A stretch of 31,495 bases of DNA from a virus (taxonomy: Duplodnaviria; Caudoviricetes). Where the stretch lies: the IMG/VR virus record IMGVR_UViG_3300033076_001217, positions 1 to 31,495 of that record, one strand, 5' to 3'. Shown piece after piece: positions 1 to 10,100 of the stretch (position 1 is its first letter; each line of letters opens with the position of its first letter). A program made the translations under genes and the position numbers. Below the pieces are notes generated by a model that worked only from the letters and a program-made list of their open reading frames with translations, was not told the origin of the DNA and did no database searches.

Positions 1-120
1 AATGAATTGGGATATGTTTCAACAACAGCTACTACAAATGTACTGACTGGTATTTTAGGATATAGAGAAGATAACGGACAATTAGAATTTTCATCTAAAA
101 TTGATGGTGGATTCTTTTAA
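1..120 (+). CDS. 3' end of an upstream gene, probably a virion structural protein (partial)
   Basis: Frame 1 is open from base 1 (NELGYVSTTATTNVLTGILGYREDNGQLEFSSKIDGGFF) to TAA at 118-120. The C-terminal IDGGxF ending is common in phage structural proteins. A hairpin follows. Confidence 0.65.
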   Translation, partial: NELGYVSTTATTNVLTGILGYREDNGQLEFSSKIDGGFF

Positions 121-145
121 TGAATTTCAAATATAATAGATTAGA

Positions 146-175
146 AAAGGGATTGTTGGAAACTTCAATCCCTTT
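146..175 (+). terminator. Stem-loop, probable intrinsic terminator
   Basis: AAAGGGATTG (146-155) pairs with CAATCCCTTT (166-175) around a 10-nt loop, 25 nt after the stop codon. Confidence 0.65.
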
Positions 176-184
176 ATATTTATA
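176..184 (+). promoter_or_regulatory. Putative phage late promoter motif ATATTTATA
   Basis: One of 11 intergenic copies of the motif. It is 53 nt upstream of ATG 238. Confidence 0.55.
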
Positions 185-237
185 AGAGACTTATATAAGT
201 CTTTTTCGTATATACCGTTTAAAATAGTACCATAGAT

Positions 238-3200
238 ATGGCTCAAACAATTAAGTTGCGTAGAAGTGCCGTAGCAGGAAACCGTCCAACTACCGCACAA
301 TTAGATTTAGGGGAATTAGCAATAAACACCGTCGATGGTAAGATTTATTTTGAAAAATCTGGCTCAAATGGTGAATCTATTCAAGAAATATTCACAACAA
401 ACGCAACAAATAGTGGGTCATTATCAACTATTGGTGATGTAACGGTAACAGGTTCATTAAATATTTCTGGCAGTGAAACTATCAAAGGGTATGTTCAATT
501 TATGCCAGTTACTACTAACATCGATACACAATTATCGGCATCTTACATTTATGTTAGTGGTTCAACAAACGATTTATATTTTTCGCAAAACGGAAATGGG
601 TATGCCAATACAACTCGTTTAAGATGGCTAGAAGGTAATTTATATACCGGCCTTTTAAACGGAGGTAAAATAACTGCGGTTGTAGGCTCAAATGTTTTTT
701 CAATTAGTTCTGGTAGTGGAGTAGTTGTAAACCTAAATGCAAGTTTAAACGATAATCCATATCCTACTGTAAAGTATGTAAATTGGGATAATATTACAAA
801 TATTCCAATTACAAATATATCAACGGCAATACAAACTTTTGTTGGTATTAGTTCAACTGGTGAAGTTATACAGCAAACAAACGCATTTAATGATGGTGAT
901 TATAATACTATAATAACATTAGGTACAGTATTACATCAGAATCAAAGTACAGTCAATGCAAGTATAACATATCCAAATGTTGCTTATGGTTATAAGCAAA
1001 GAACTTATGATTTTATAAAAGCATTTGGACCTCTTAAATTAACGGGGTTTCCAATTCAAACATCTGGCTCATTAGGATTAACGGTTGGTAGTGGTACGGC
1101 TTGGGCGGATGGTAGAAATTATCAAACTGACCCAAATAATCCATCTTATATTACTGACCCTGGTACATCGGTATCAAAAATATTTAGATATTACCAAAGT
1201 AGTTCGGTTTTTATACAAGATACAAATAATGCATTAGGTTATACTTCAATAGACCCTGTACAATATAATAATAATGGTACATTAACTTCCGTAACAGGTA
1301 ATAATCCAAATAACTATCATTGGACATTACAAAGAGTATTTTGGTATCCTAATTCGGCAACTAAAGGTATTGTAGTTTACTATGGTAATACAGAATACCC
1401 ATCTGAAACGGAAGCTATTGCAAACTTATCGTATGAAACTTTTACTGAAGTTGAAAATACTAAACAAAATGCAATACAATTAGGTACAATTGCATTAAGA
1501 AAGGATGCTAATTGGGATGATGCATCTACATATACAATTTTACCATCTGGTATTTTTAGAAATGTTGGTGGTAGTGGTGGTGGTGGGGCAGTTTCTGCAG
1601 CAAGATTGCAAGATTTATTAGATACATATATTGTAAGTCCTACAAATGGAGAATTATTAATATATGATTCTAATATAAATAAGTGGAGAAATTCATCTCC
1701 ATCGCAATTAACTTCATCATTAGATTCTCACTATATTGTAAGTGGTTCTATAACACAAACTACTTGGGAAAATATTGGTGGTAAACCCGATGGAATCGTT
1801 TCATCATCTTCTCAATTAACGGAATCATACGATGCAAGATATGCATTAAGTGGTAGTTTGGGTAGTGGTGGTGGAGTTAGTGCAATTTATATAGCAACTC
1901 AAGGAGTACTACAAGGTACTGCATCATATTTTGATTTTAATGGTAGTGGTGTTAACGCTACTATTAATGATGGAACTGCTTCTATTCAAATCACCGGAGG
2001 TGGAGGAGGTGGGGGTGGTGTATATAATTCATATTTTGCAGAATTATCACAATCATCAGCAGCTAATACTTGGTCATTTTTTCACGATTTAGGAGTACAG
2101 CATCCTGTTGTTACTGTTTATGATGAATTGCATCAAGTAATACAACCTTTAACAATTGAAGCCTTAACAACTTCATCATTAGAAATTGTATTTTCATCAG
2201 CAAGAAAAGGATATGCGGTAGCTACTATTGGTAGTGCATTACCATATGTTTCCGCATCATATGAAGGATATTCTTTACAAATTGTAGATGGGACTCCAAC
2301 ATGGGCAGTTTCAGCATCAGCCGTAGCAACCGCATCTTATGTTGATTATTCAAATGTTGCAAACAAACCTACATTAGTAAGTAGTTCGGTGCAAGTATTG
2401 GGTGGAAGTGGAGTATGGAGTGGTTCGGCTCAATTACCAGTTGGTGTTGTTAGTGGAAGTTCTCAACTTACATCATCTTACGATAGTAGATATGTTTTAA
2501 GTGGAAGTATAACTCAAACGACATGGGATAATATAGCAAATAAACCTGGTGGAATAATTTCGGGTTCATCTCAATTACCGGCAGGATTAATTAGTGGAAG
2601 TTCACAATTGCCATCCGGTATTATTTCTTCTTCAGCACAATTACCGACAGGAGTAGTTTCGGGCTCTTCGCAAATTATTGGAATTTTATCCCCATTGAAC
2701 GCAGTTAGTGCATCATTGATATCTAAAACGGGTTCATATGCAACTACTGGTTCAAATATATTTGTTGGCAATCAAACAATTTCTGCATCTTTATTTGTAA
2801 GTGGAACTACGAACTTTAATAGTGCAGTTGCAATAAATGATGCAAATGTAAATTTAACAAATACTGCTTCATTGAATTTGACAAGTGGAAGTAGTATCTA
2901 TGTAGCAAATAATGGTATAATATCTCTAACTGGTTCTTTATTAGTAACTGGTTCTGCATCTATTACGGGGTCTGTAACGGCAACATCATTTGTTGGTACA
3001 ATTGTATCCAATAATGGAGTAATTTCTGGCTCATCTCAACTCACATCTTCATATGATTTAAGATATGAAACTATTGGTAGAGGAATTGTTAGTGGTAGTT
3101 CTCAAATATTGGCAGGTAGTGGTATTTGGAGCAGTTCAGCTCAAATGCCAGCTGGAGTTATCAGTAGTTCAACTCAATTAGAAGGTGCTACATTTGATAA

Positions 3201-4812
3201 CTTAACAATACGAAATTTACATACATTATATGAAACATCTTCAGTAGTATATGCAAGTGGTTCAAACCAATTTGGAGATGAATTAACCGATGTTCAGATA
3301 TTAAGTGGTAGCGTAGAAGTTACGGGAGAATTAAAATTAAATGGTGTATCTGTAATAACTGAAATTCCTGCAGGTACAATAAGTAGTTCAGCACAATTAC
3401 CATCAGGTGTAGTTAGTGGTTCATCTCAACTTACATCTTCATATGATGAAAGATATGTATTGAGTGGTTCTATAACTCAAACAACTTGGGATAATATAGC
3501 AAATAAACCCGGTGGAATTATTAGTAGTTCCGCACAATTACCTGCGGATATAGTAAGTGGTTCATCGCAAATTATTCTACAAAATACAACAGGTCAATTA
3601 TCCGCAAGTAGAGTAGATGGTTTAAATCTTTCTCAAATAGCAACTGGTTCTTGGACTGCATCGGTTGCAAATGATGAATTCAACATCATACATGAAGGTA
3701 GTAATATTTTTAAATTAACAAGTGGTTCTACTACTTTAGATAATGGTGTGTTTACTATAAAAGGTAACTCATTTGCAAATGGATACGCTGAAGGATATAC
3801 TGAATTAGGAAACGCATTAATAGTTGAAGGAAATGAAATTATTTCTGGAGCATTAACAATAGTTGGAGATAGTACATATAATGGTACAGCAACTATTAGT
3901 GGCTCATTGGTGGTTTCGGGTACTCTTAATTTAGAAAACGCAAATATTGATAATAGTAGATATCTTCATGTACAAAGTACAGGAGCAACTACTTGGACTG
4001 TTAATCATAATTTAGAATACGACTATCCAAATGTAATAATTTGGGATTCAACTGGCAATGTTATCATACCTGATTCAATTGTTAGAGTTTCAAATAATCA
4101 ATTGACTGTTGGATTTATTTCAAATGAAAGTGGATGGGCACATGTTTCGGTTGGAGGTATTTCGACTGGACAAGCTGATAGATTCCTTTATACTAAAGAA
4201 ACAGCTGCAACAACTTGGACAATAAATCACGGATTAAATTACAAATATGTTAATGTAAATGTTTACGATGATAACGATGAAATGTTATTACCACAAACTA
4301 TTACAGCAACGGATGAAAATACATTAACTTTAACATTTGCAATCGCAACATCTGGTAACGCAATCATTTCAAAAGGTGGTGCAAGAACAACTTCTGCATT
4401 TACTGAATTTGGAAATGGTACATATGGATTGAGTGGTAGTTTGAATATAACAGGTTCTGTTGTTGTAAACGGAGATGTGGATGCACAAAACTTCGGAACG
4501 CTTTCGGATGTAAGATTAAAAACGAATTTAGAGGTAATCGAAGGAGCGTTAGATAAGGTAGAACAATTAAACGCTTATACTTATGATTGGGTGGAACAAT
4601 ATAATAGTGAGGGAGTTAGACAAATCGGTTTAGTATCTCAAGAAGTTCAAAAAGTTCAACCTGAATTAGTGCATGAAAAGGAAGTAGTAGTTAATGAACG
4701 AATAGAAAAAATGTTGTTATTAGATTATTCTAAAGTTACGACATTATTGATTGGAGCAGTAAAAGAGTTATCAGAAAAAGTTAAACAATTAGAAAATAAA
4801 ATAGGAGAATAA
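238..4812 (+). CDS. Long tail fibre protein 1 with T4 gp37-like N-terminus and C-terminal intramolecular chaperone (peptidase S74)
   Basis: N-terminal IKLRRSAVAGNRPTTAQLDLGELAIN resembles T4 gp37 (IQFKRSKIAGTRP...EGELAIN). C-terminal SDVRLKTN...IGLVSQEV...PELV...LDYSKVTTLLIGAVKEL is the S74 signature. The shaft is repetitive and S/G/T-rich. Confidence 0.85.
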   Translation: MAQTIKLRRSAVAGNRPTTAQLDLGELAINTVDGKIYFEKSGSNGESIQEIFTTNATNSGSLSTIGDVTVTGSLNISGSETIKGYVQFMPVTTNIDTQLSASYIYVSGSTNDLYFSQNGNGYANTTRLRWLEGNLYTGLLNGGKITAVVGSNVFSISSGSGVVVNLNASLNDNPYPTVKYVNWDNITNIPITNISTAIQTFVGISSTGEVIQQTNAFNDGDYNTIITLGTVLHQNQSTVNASITYPNVAYGYKQRTYDFIKAFGPLKLTGFPIQTSGSLGLTVGSGTAWADGRNYQTDPNNPSYITDPGTSVSKIFRYYQSSSVFIQDTNNALGYTSIDPVQYNNNGTLTSVTGNNPNNYHWTLQRVFWYPNSATKGIVVYYGNTEYPSETEAIANLSYETFTEVENTKQNAIQLGTIALRKDANWDDASTYTILPSGIFRNVGGSGGGGAVSAARLQDLLDTYIVSPTNGELLIYDSNINKWRNSSPSQLTSSLDSHYIVSGSITQTTWENIGGKPDGIVSSSSQLTESYDARYALSGSLGSGGGVSAIYIATQGVLQGTASYFDFNGSGVNATINDGTASIQITGGGGGGGGVYNSYFAELSQSSAANTWSFFHDLGVQHPVVTVYDELHQVIQPLTIEALTTSSLEIVFSSARKGYAVATIGSALPYVSASYEGYSLQIVDGTPTWAVSASAVATASYVDYSNVANKPTLVSSSVQVLGGSGVWSGSAQLPVGVVSGSSQLTSSYDSRYVLSGSITQTTWDNIANKPGGIISGSSQLPAGLISGSSQLPSGIISSSAQLPTGVVSGSSQIIGILSPLNAVSASLISKTGSYATTGSNIFVGNQTISASLFVSGTTNFNSAVAINDANVNLTNTASLNLTSGSSIYVANNGIISLTGSLLVTGSASITGSVTATSFVGTIVSNNGVISGSSQLTSSYDLRYETIGRGIVSGSSQILAGSGIWSSSAQMPAGVISSSTQLEGATFDNLTIRNLHTLYETSSVVYASGSNQFGDELTDVQILSGSVEVTGELKLNGVSVITEIPAGTISSSAQLPSGVVSGSSQLTSSYDERYVLSGSITQTTWDNIANKPGGIISSSAQLPADIVSGSSQIILQNTTGQLSASRVDGLNLSQIATGSWTASVANDEFNIIHEGSNIFKLTSGSTTLDNGVFTIKGNSFANGYAEGYTELGNALIVEGNEIISGALTIVGDSTYNGTATISGSLVVSGTLNLENANIDNSRYLHVQSTGATTWTVNHNLEYDYPNVIIWDSTGNVIIPDSIVRVSNNQLTVGFISNESGWAHVSVGGISTGQADRFLYTKETAATTWTINHGLNYKYVNVNVYDDNDEMLLPQTITATDENTLTLTFAIATSGNAIISKGGARTTSAFTEFGNGTYGLSGSLNITGSVVVNGDVDAQNFGTLSDVRLKTNLEVIEGALDKVEQLNAYTYDWVEQYNSEGVRQIGLVSQEVQKVQPELVHEKEVVVNERIEKMLLLDYSKVTTLLIGAVKELSEKVKQLENKIGE
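2425..2675 (+). repeat. Intragenic 11-aa (33-bp) repeats [IV]S[GS]S[SA]QLPxG and QLTSSYDxRYVLSGSITQTTWDNIANKPGG block
   Basis: Visible in the translation. Related blocks are at about 1700-1850 and 3375-3570 in this gene and about 7705-8000 and 8445-8615 in fibre 3. Confidence 0.85.
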
Positions 4813-7103
4813 TGAGAATAGATGCACCGATAATTACAGGTAGTTTTTCACTAAATGGTGACACATTCAATGATTTAGGAGCTTACACAACAACTGGTTC
4901 AAATACATTTATAGGTAATCAAAGTATTGTAGGAGCAGTATCAGCATCTGCATTGACTGGTTCTATTAGTTATACAAACTTAACAAATGTACCAACTTTG
5001 GTTAGTGGTAGTGAACAAATTGTGAGTATTCTTTCTCCATTAAATTCATTTACTGCAAGTAATTACACTACTAATACTTTTACATCTTCTGCAACTGCAA
5101 GACTAAACGCATTGGAAAGTACTTCGGCAAGTGTTGATAGTTTAAATATTACTCAAAACACAAGATTAACAAATTTAGAAAATAAGACTGGAAGTTTAGC
5201 AACTACGGGTTCAAATATATTTTATGGTAATCAAACTATAAGCGGAACTGTTTATATACAAAGTGATTTGATTGTACAAGGCTCATCTTGTATTCAAAAT
5301 ATCACAGGTTCATCTTTGAATATTGGAACTAATATTGTAAGTTTAAATACGGCTACTCCATCTGTGAGATACGCAGGTATGACAGTACAAGATAGTGGTA
5401 GTTCTGCCGGTGTAACTGGTTCAATGTTATGGGATTCTCTTTGTAATAGATGGATTTATTCAAACCCATCTACAATCGGATATAGTGGTGGTATGATATT
5501 GAGTGGACCTCGAGCATCAACTTTAGGAACTGAAACAACTTTGACTTGTAACTATATTGCAAAATCAGGTGGTGGTGACCATTTATATGATAGCTGTATT
5601 TATGAAAATAATGGAAATGTTGGTATAAATACTGTATCACCTGATAACATTACAACATACAAAAGTTTACATATTGTAGGAGGCGGAGTTTCTACCGGAG
5701 GGATATTTACAACATCTACATCAGATGGTTCATTAAAAGGTAGGTTTTTAACATCAGGTGGAGAAATATCAATTGGAGCTGTTACCAATAGTCCTGTTGT
5801 AATGTTTACAAATGATACAGTGAGAATGACTATATCAAATAGTGGTATAGTTTGTTTTAGTTGTCAGATATGCTCCTCTAATGTAACTACTTCAAATACT
5901 GATGCATATTCATATATTCAATCAAAAAGTAATACAGCAACGGTTAGATTAAATGTAGGTTGTAATGGTTCGGCGGATGTATTTATAGGAAGATGTACAA
6001 ATACAGTATATGCAAATGTATTATATGTAGATACTACTAATTGGGATGGTACTTGTTTTAAATGGTCAGTTGGTATGAGAACAGGTGGCTCAAATTATCA
6101 AATATATAACGAAGTTTTATCTACTAACGCATTATTTATATGCCAATCAAATAATTATGTTGGTATTGGGACATCAACTCCTCTAACAAGTTTAACTGTA
6201 AAATCAACAAATGATAATGGATATGCATTGACTCGACCAAGTAATGGTGATGTATATCATTGGAGACTAAGTACAACCGAAACGGGTGGAGATGCGTATA
6301 CTGTTAGATATAATACATTTAATAATGAAATGTTATTTAGTACTTATTCAGGTGGAGGCACAGGTGGAAATATTATATTTAGAACTAGTACAATAGGTGG
6401 TAGTGAAACAGAAAGATTTCGTATAAATTGTAATGGTATAGCTACTTTCAGTTGTCAATTATGTGTACCTTATATATCTGTAAAAAGCTCAGATAATTCA
6501 ATTTTAGGAAGATTTAGTGGAGCAGGTGATTATGCAATATTTGCAGCAGGCGCAAATGCACCTGATTATCAAGCATCCGATATGAATGCGGTTCTTAATT
6601 TAGGAACAAGATGCGCAAGCCCATTGTATTTATCATTAGCGGCAAAAGGTGGGGCAATATTTGCATCAGCAGGTGGTAGTGTAATAGTTGGTGCAACTAC
6701 TGCTAATAAAGGACTACTTAGAGTAGCAGGTGATAGTGAAATTTGTAAAACACTATTTTTCAATGGTGGTGAGGGAACGGGTGGTGCAATTATAAACGCA
6801 GGAGTTCAATTATCTTGTTCAACACCATCTTATAATCTTAGAAGTATGTTTGCATTCAATAATCAAGCTAATTATGGAGCATTTATGTTTATTCATACCG
6901 CATATAATATTTCTAGCGGTAAACAAGGAACTGTAACCGGTATTGTAACAAATGCTTCTACTCAAATTGTGACTATTTTAGGATGTGCACTTGAGGCTGG
7001 AGTAAGTGCACCTGGTGTATATTCTACATCATTTTTCTGTCTTACATTTTGCTGGCCAAACTCAATGAATTCAAATACTAAATTTATAGCATTAGCAGGA
7101 TAA
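4812..7103 (+). CDS. Tail fibre/receptor-binding-like protein 2 (type A adapter, Cys-rich distal part)
   Basis: TAATG coupling to the upstream gene. Carries the shared module ending KSGGGDHLYDS and GNVGIN/YVGIGT shaft repeats. No S74 domain. Confidence 0.75.
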   Translation: MRIDAPIITGSFSLNGDTFNDLGAYTTTGSNTFIGNQSIVGAVSASALTGSISYTNLTNVPTLVSGSEQIVSILSPLNSFTASNYTTNTFTSSATARLNALESTSASVDSLNITQNTRLTNLENKTGSLATTGSNIFYGNQTISGTVYIQSDLIVQGSSCIQNITGSSLNIGTNIVSLNTATPSVRYAGMTVQDSGSSAGVTGSMLWDSLCNRWIYSNPSTIGYSGGMILSGPRASTLGTETTLTCNYIAKSGGGDHLYDSCIYENNGNVGINTVSPDNITTYKSLHIVGGGVSTGGIFTTSTSDGSLKGRFLTSGGEISIGAVTNSPVVMFTNDTVRMTISNSGIVCFSCQICSSNVTTSNTDAYSYIQSKSNTATVRLNVGCNGSADVFIGRCTNTVYANVLYVDTTNWDGTCFKWSVGMRTGGSNYQIYNEVLSTNALFICQSNNYVGIGTSTPLTSLTVKSTNDNGYALTRPSNGDVYHWRLSTTETGGDAYTVRYNTFNNEMLFSTYSGGGTGGNIIFRTSTIGGSETERFRINCNGIATFSCQLCVPYISVKSSDNSILGRFSGAGDYAIFAAGANAPDYQASDMNAVLNLGTRCASPLYLSLAAKGGAIFASAGGSVIVGATTANKGLLRVAGDSEICKTLFFNGGEGTGGAIINAGVQLSCSTPSYNLRSMFAFNNQANYGAFMFIHTAYNISSGKQGTVTGIVTNASTQIVTILGCALEAGVSAPGVYSTSFFCLTFCWPNSMNSNTKFIALAG

Positions 7104-7132
7104 TTTATTTAAAAAGTTTTAATAATACAAAC

Positions 7133-7141
7133 ATATTTATA
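7133..7141 (+). promoter_or_regulatory. Putative late promoter motif ATATTTATA
   Basis: 21 nt upstream of ATG 7163. Confidence 0.6.
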
Positions 7142-7162
7142 GATAAACAATAAAACGGAGAA

Positions 7163-10100
7163 ATGATTTTAGATAGTCCTATTATAAGTGGTTCACTTAC
7201 ACAACAAGCCGGTCAAATCGCTGAGATTCCTAGATATACCGATGTATCATCTTCATTCTTAGCTGCATCCGCTTCTTTTGATGCAAGATTAGATTCAGTA
7301 GAAAGTATTACCGCATCATTATCTCCAAGAATAAACGCATTAGAATCATTTACAGCTAGTGCAGATAATACTTATGTAAATGTTAGTGGTGATAGTATGA
7401 GTGGAAACTTAACTATCACTGGTTCATTAATTGTAACCGATAGAATTACTGCACAAGAATTTCATACTGAATTCGTTTCATCTTCGGTAATTTTCCAAAG
7501 CGGAAGTACTAAATTTGGAGATACATTAGATGATACTCATTCAGTTACAGGTAGTTTAAATATTACGGGTTCAATTACATTAAATGGTTCGGCAATTGGT
7601 ACGGGAAAATTGGATGAAACTACATTCAATTCATATACTTCATCAAATGATTCAAAAGTAAATTCTTTAGTTTCAGCAACGGGTAGTTATGAAACAATTG
7701 GTAGAGGTATAATTTCATCTTCTGCACAATTACCAAATGGATTGGTAAGTGGTAGTTCACAATTGACATCTTCGTATGATGATAGATATGTTTTAAGTGG
7801 AAGTATTACACAAACAACTTGGGATAATATAGCAAATAAACCAGGTGGAATTGTTTCATCTTCGGCTCAATTACCATCTGGTTTAATTAGTGGAAGCTCT
7901 CAATTACCAAGCGGATTAATTTCTGGTTCTTCTCAATTGCCAGCTGGAATAATTAGTGGTAGTGAGCAATTACCTGTGGGTACTGTAAGTGGTTCATCTC
8001 AAGTAATTTTACAAAGTACAACGGGTCAATTATCATCAAGTAGAATTGATAATTTAAGTGAAATACATAATCAAAGTTGGACTGCATCGGTAGCAAACGA
8101 CCAATTCAGTATTATACATGATGGTAGTAATATACTTACATTAACAAGCGGTTCTACTAATATAACCAATGGAACTTTAAATGTAACTGCTGATTCATTT
8201 GCAAATGATTACGCTGAAGGATATACTGATTTTGGAGTTGGATTGAATGTTGAAGGAGATGTTGTAGTAACAGGTTCAATAACCATTTCGGGAATAATAA
8301 ATGCAAATGAATTTCATACAAATTATATAACATCATCTATAATATACAAATCTGGTTCTACAAAATTTGGAGATAGTGTAGATGATACACATGAATATAC
8401 GGGGTCTGTATTAGTTAGTGGAAATATAATTGCTAATAACTTAGTAGGTATTATAAGCGGAAGTTCTCAACTGCCAGCAGGATTAATTAGTGGTAGTTCT
8501 CAATTAACAGCATCTTATGATGAAAGATATACATTAAGTGGAAGTGTATCACAAACAACTTGGGAAACAATTAGTGGAAAGCCGGCTGGTATTATTAGTG
8601 GAAGTTCTCAATTAAGCGGAACAACTATTCAATCATTATCAGGTTCATTTAGTGGTTCATATCAGGGTGATGGTTCTTTATTAAGAGGTTTGGCTGCTGG
8701 AGCTAAATTTCACACTCAAACTACTCCATCATCAACTTGGACATTTATACATAATTTAAGCACACAATATCCAAATGTAACGGTTTACGATTCAAATAAC
8801 AATATCGTTTTACCGCAAACTATAACTGCTACAAATGTAGATACTTTAGTTTTAGAATTTGGAAGTCCTGTTGCAGGTTATGCTACGGCAGGAGTTGGTG
8901 GTATAATCGAAGTAAATGGTAGAACAGTTAAACAATATTTTGCATCTTCATTAGAATGGAGATTCGAACATAATTTTGGAGATAGATTTGCTAATATTCA
9001 AACTTATGATAGTAATTACGAAAAGATAATTCCACAAACAATAACTTTAACTGATGCAACATCATCACTTATTACATTCCCTGAAGTAACTGAAGGCTGG
9101 GTAATAGGTACGATAGGTGGTGATTTACCTGCGATTAGTTCATCTTATGGTGGATATGTTTTACAAATTTCAAATTCATCTCCTTATACTGCAAGTTGGA
9201 CACCAATAGCTTATGTAACTGCTTCAAATTCAGTAAATTCCATATCTGCATCGTATGTAGAATATTCCAATATTTCAAATAAACCTACATTAATTTCAGG
9301 TTCATCACAAATTATAGGAATACTAAATCCTATTAATGAATTTACTGCAAGTAATTTAACAACCAATATATTCACATCTTCGGCAACTGCTAGATTGAAC
9401 GCATTGGAAACTACTTCAGCAAGTGTTGATAGTTTAAATACAACACAAAATAATCGATTAAGTTCATTAGAATTAAAAACAGGAAGTTTAGCAACAACTG
9501 GTTCAAATACTTTTGTAGGAACACAAACTATTACTGGAAGTTTATATATTACTACCGATTTAATTGTACAAGGTTCATCATCTTTGCAAAACATAACTGC
9601 TTCCGCAGTAAGTATTGGAACTAATATTGTAAATTTAAATACGGCAAATCCATCAATTAGATATGCTGGATTATCAATGGTAGATAGTGGTTCTATTGGT
9701 GGTTCGGGTTCATTCCTTTATGATTCGGTGCAAGATGAGATGATATTTGTACATAGGGGGGTATCGACTGTTGTAACATCTTCTGTACTTTTGATGGGTC
9801 CGCAGACATATGATAGTGTTGGAAGTGAAAATTACCCAACACTTAATATAATCCAAAAAGGAACAGGTAATGAGCATTTAGTAGATAGTTGTATTTTTGA
9901 TAATGGAACTACAACTTGTGTTAAAAATAATTTAATAGGAAGTGGAACAGCTTGTTTTGCAAGTAATGTTTGTGCGCCTACAATTGTAGTAAATAATACT
10001 AACCCCGTTTTATATATAAATTCAGGAAATAACGAAACGGCAACAATTGGATTTACACAAGGTGCTGTTGCAGGGTATGGTGGGTTTATTAAGGTAGGTA

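Noticed and set aside
2425-8615. CRISPR-like array suggested by the 33-bp periodicity
   Set aside because: The repeats are degenerate at synonymous positions, in frame, and have no unique spacers. They are protein repeats.
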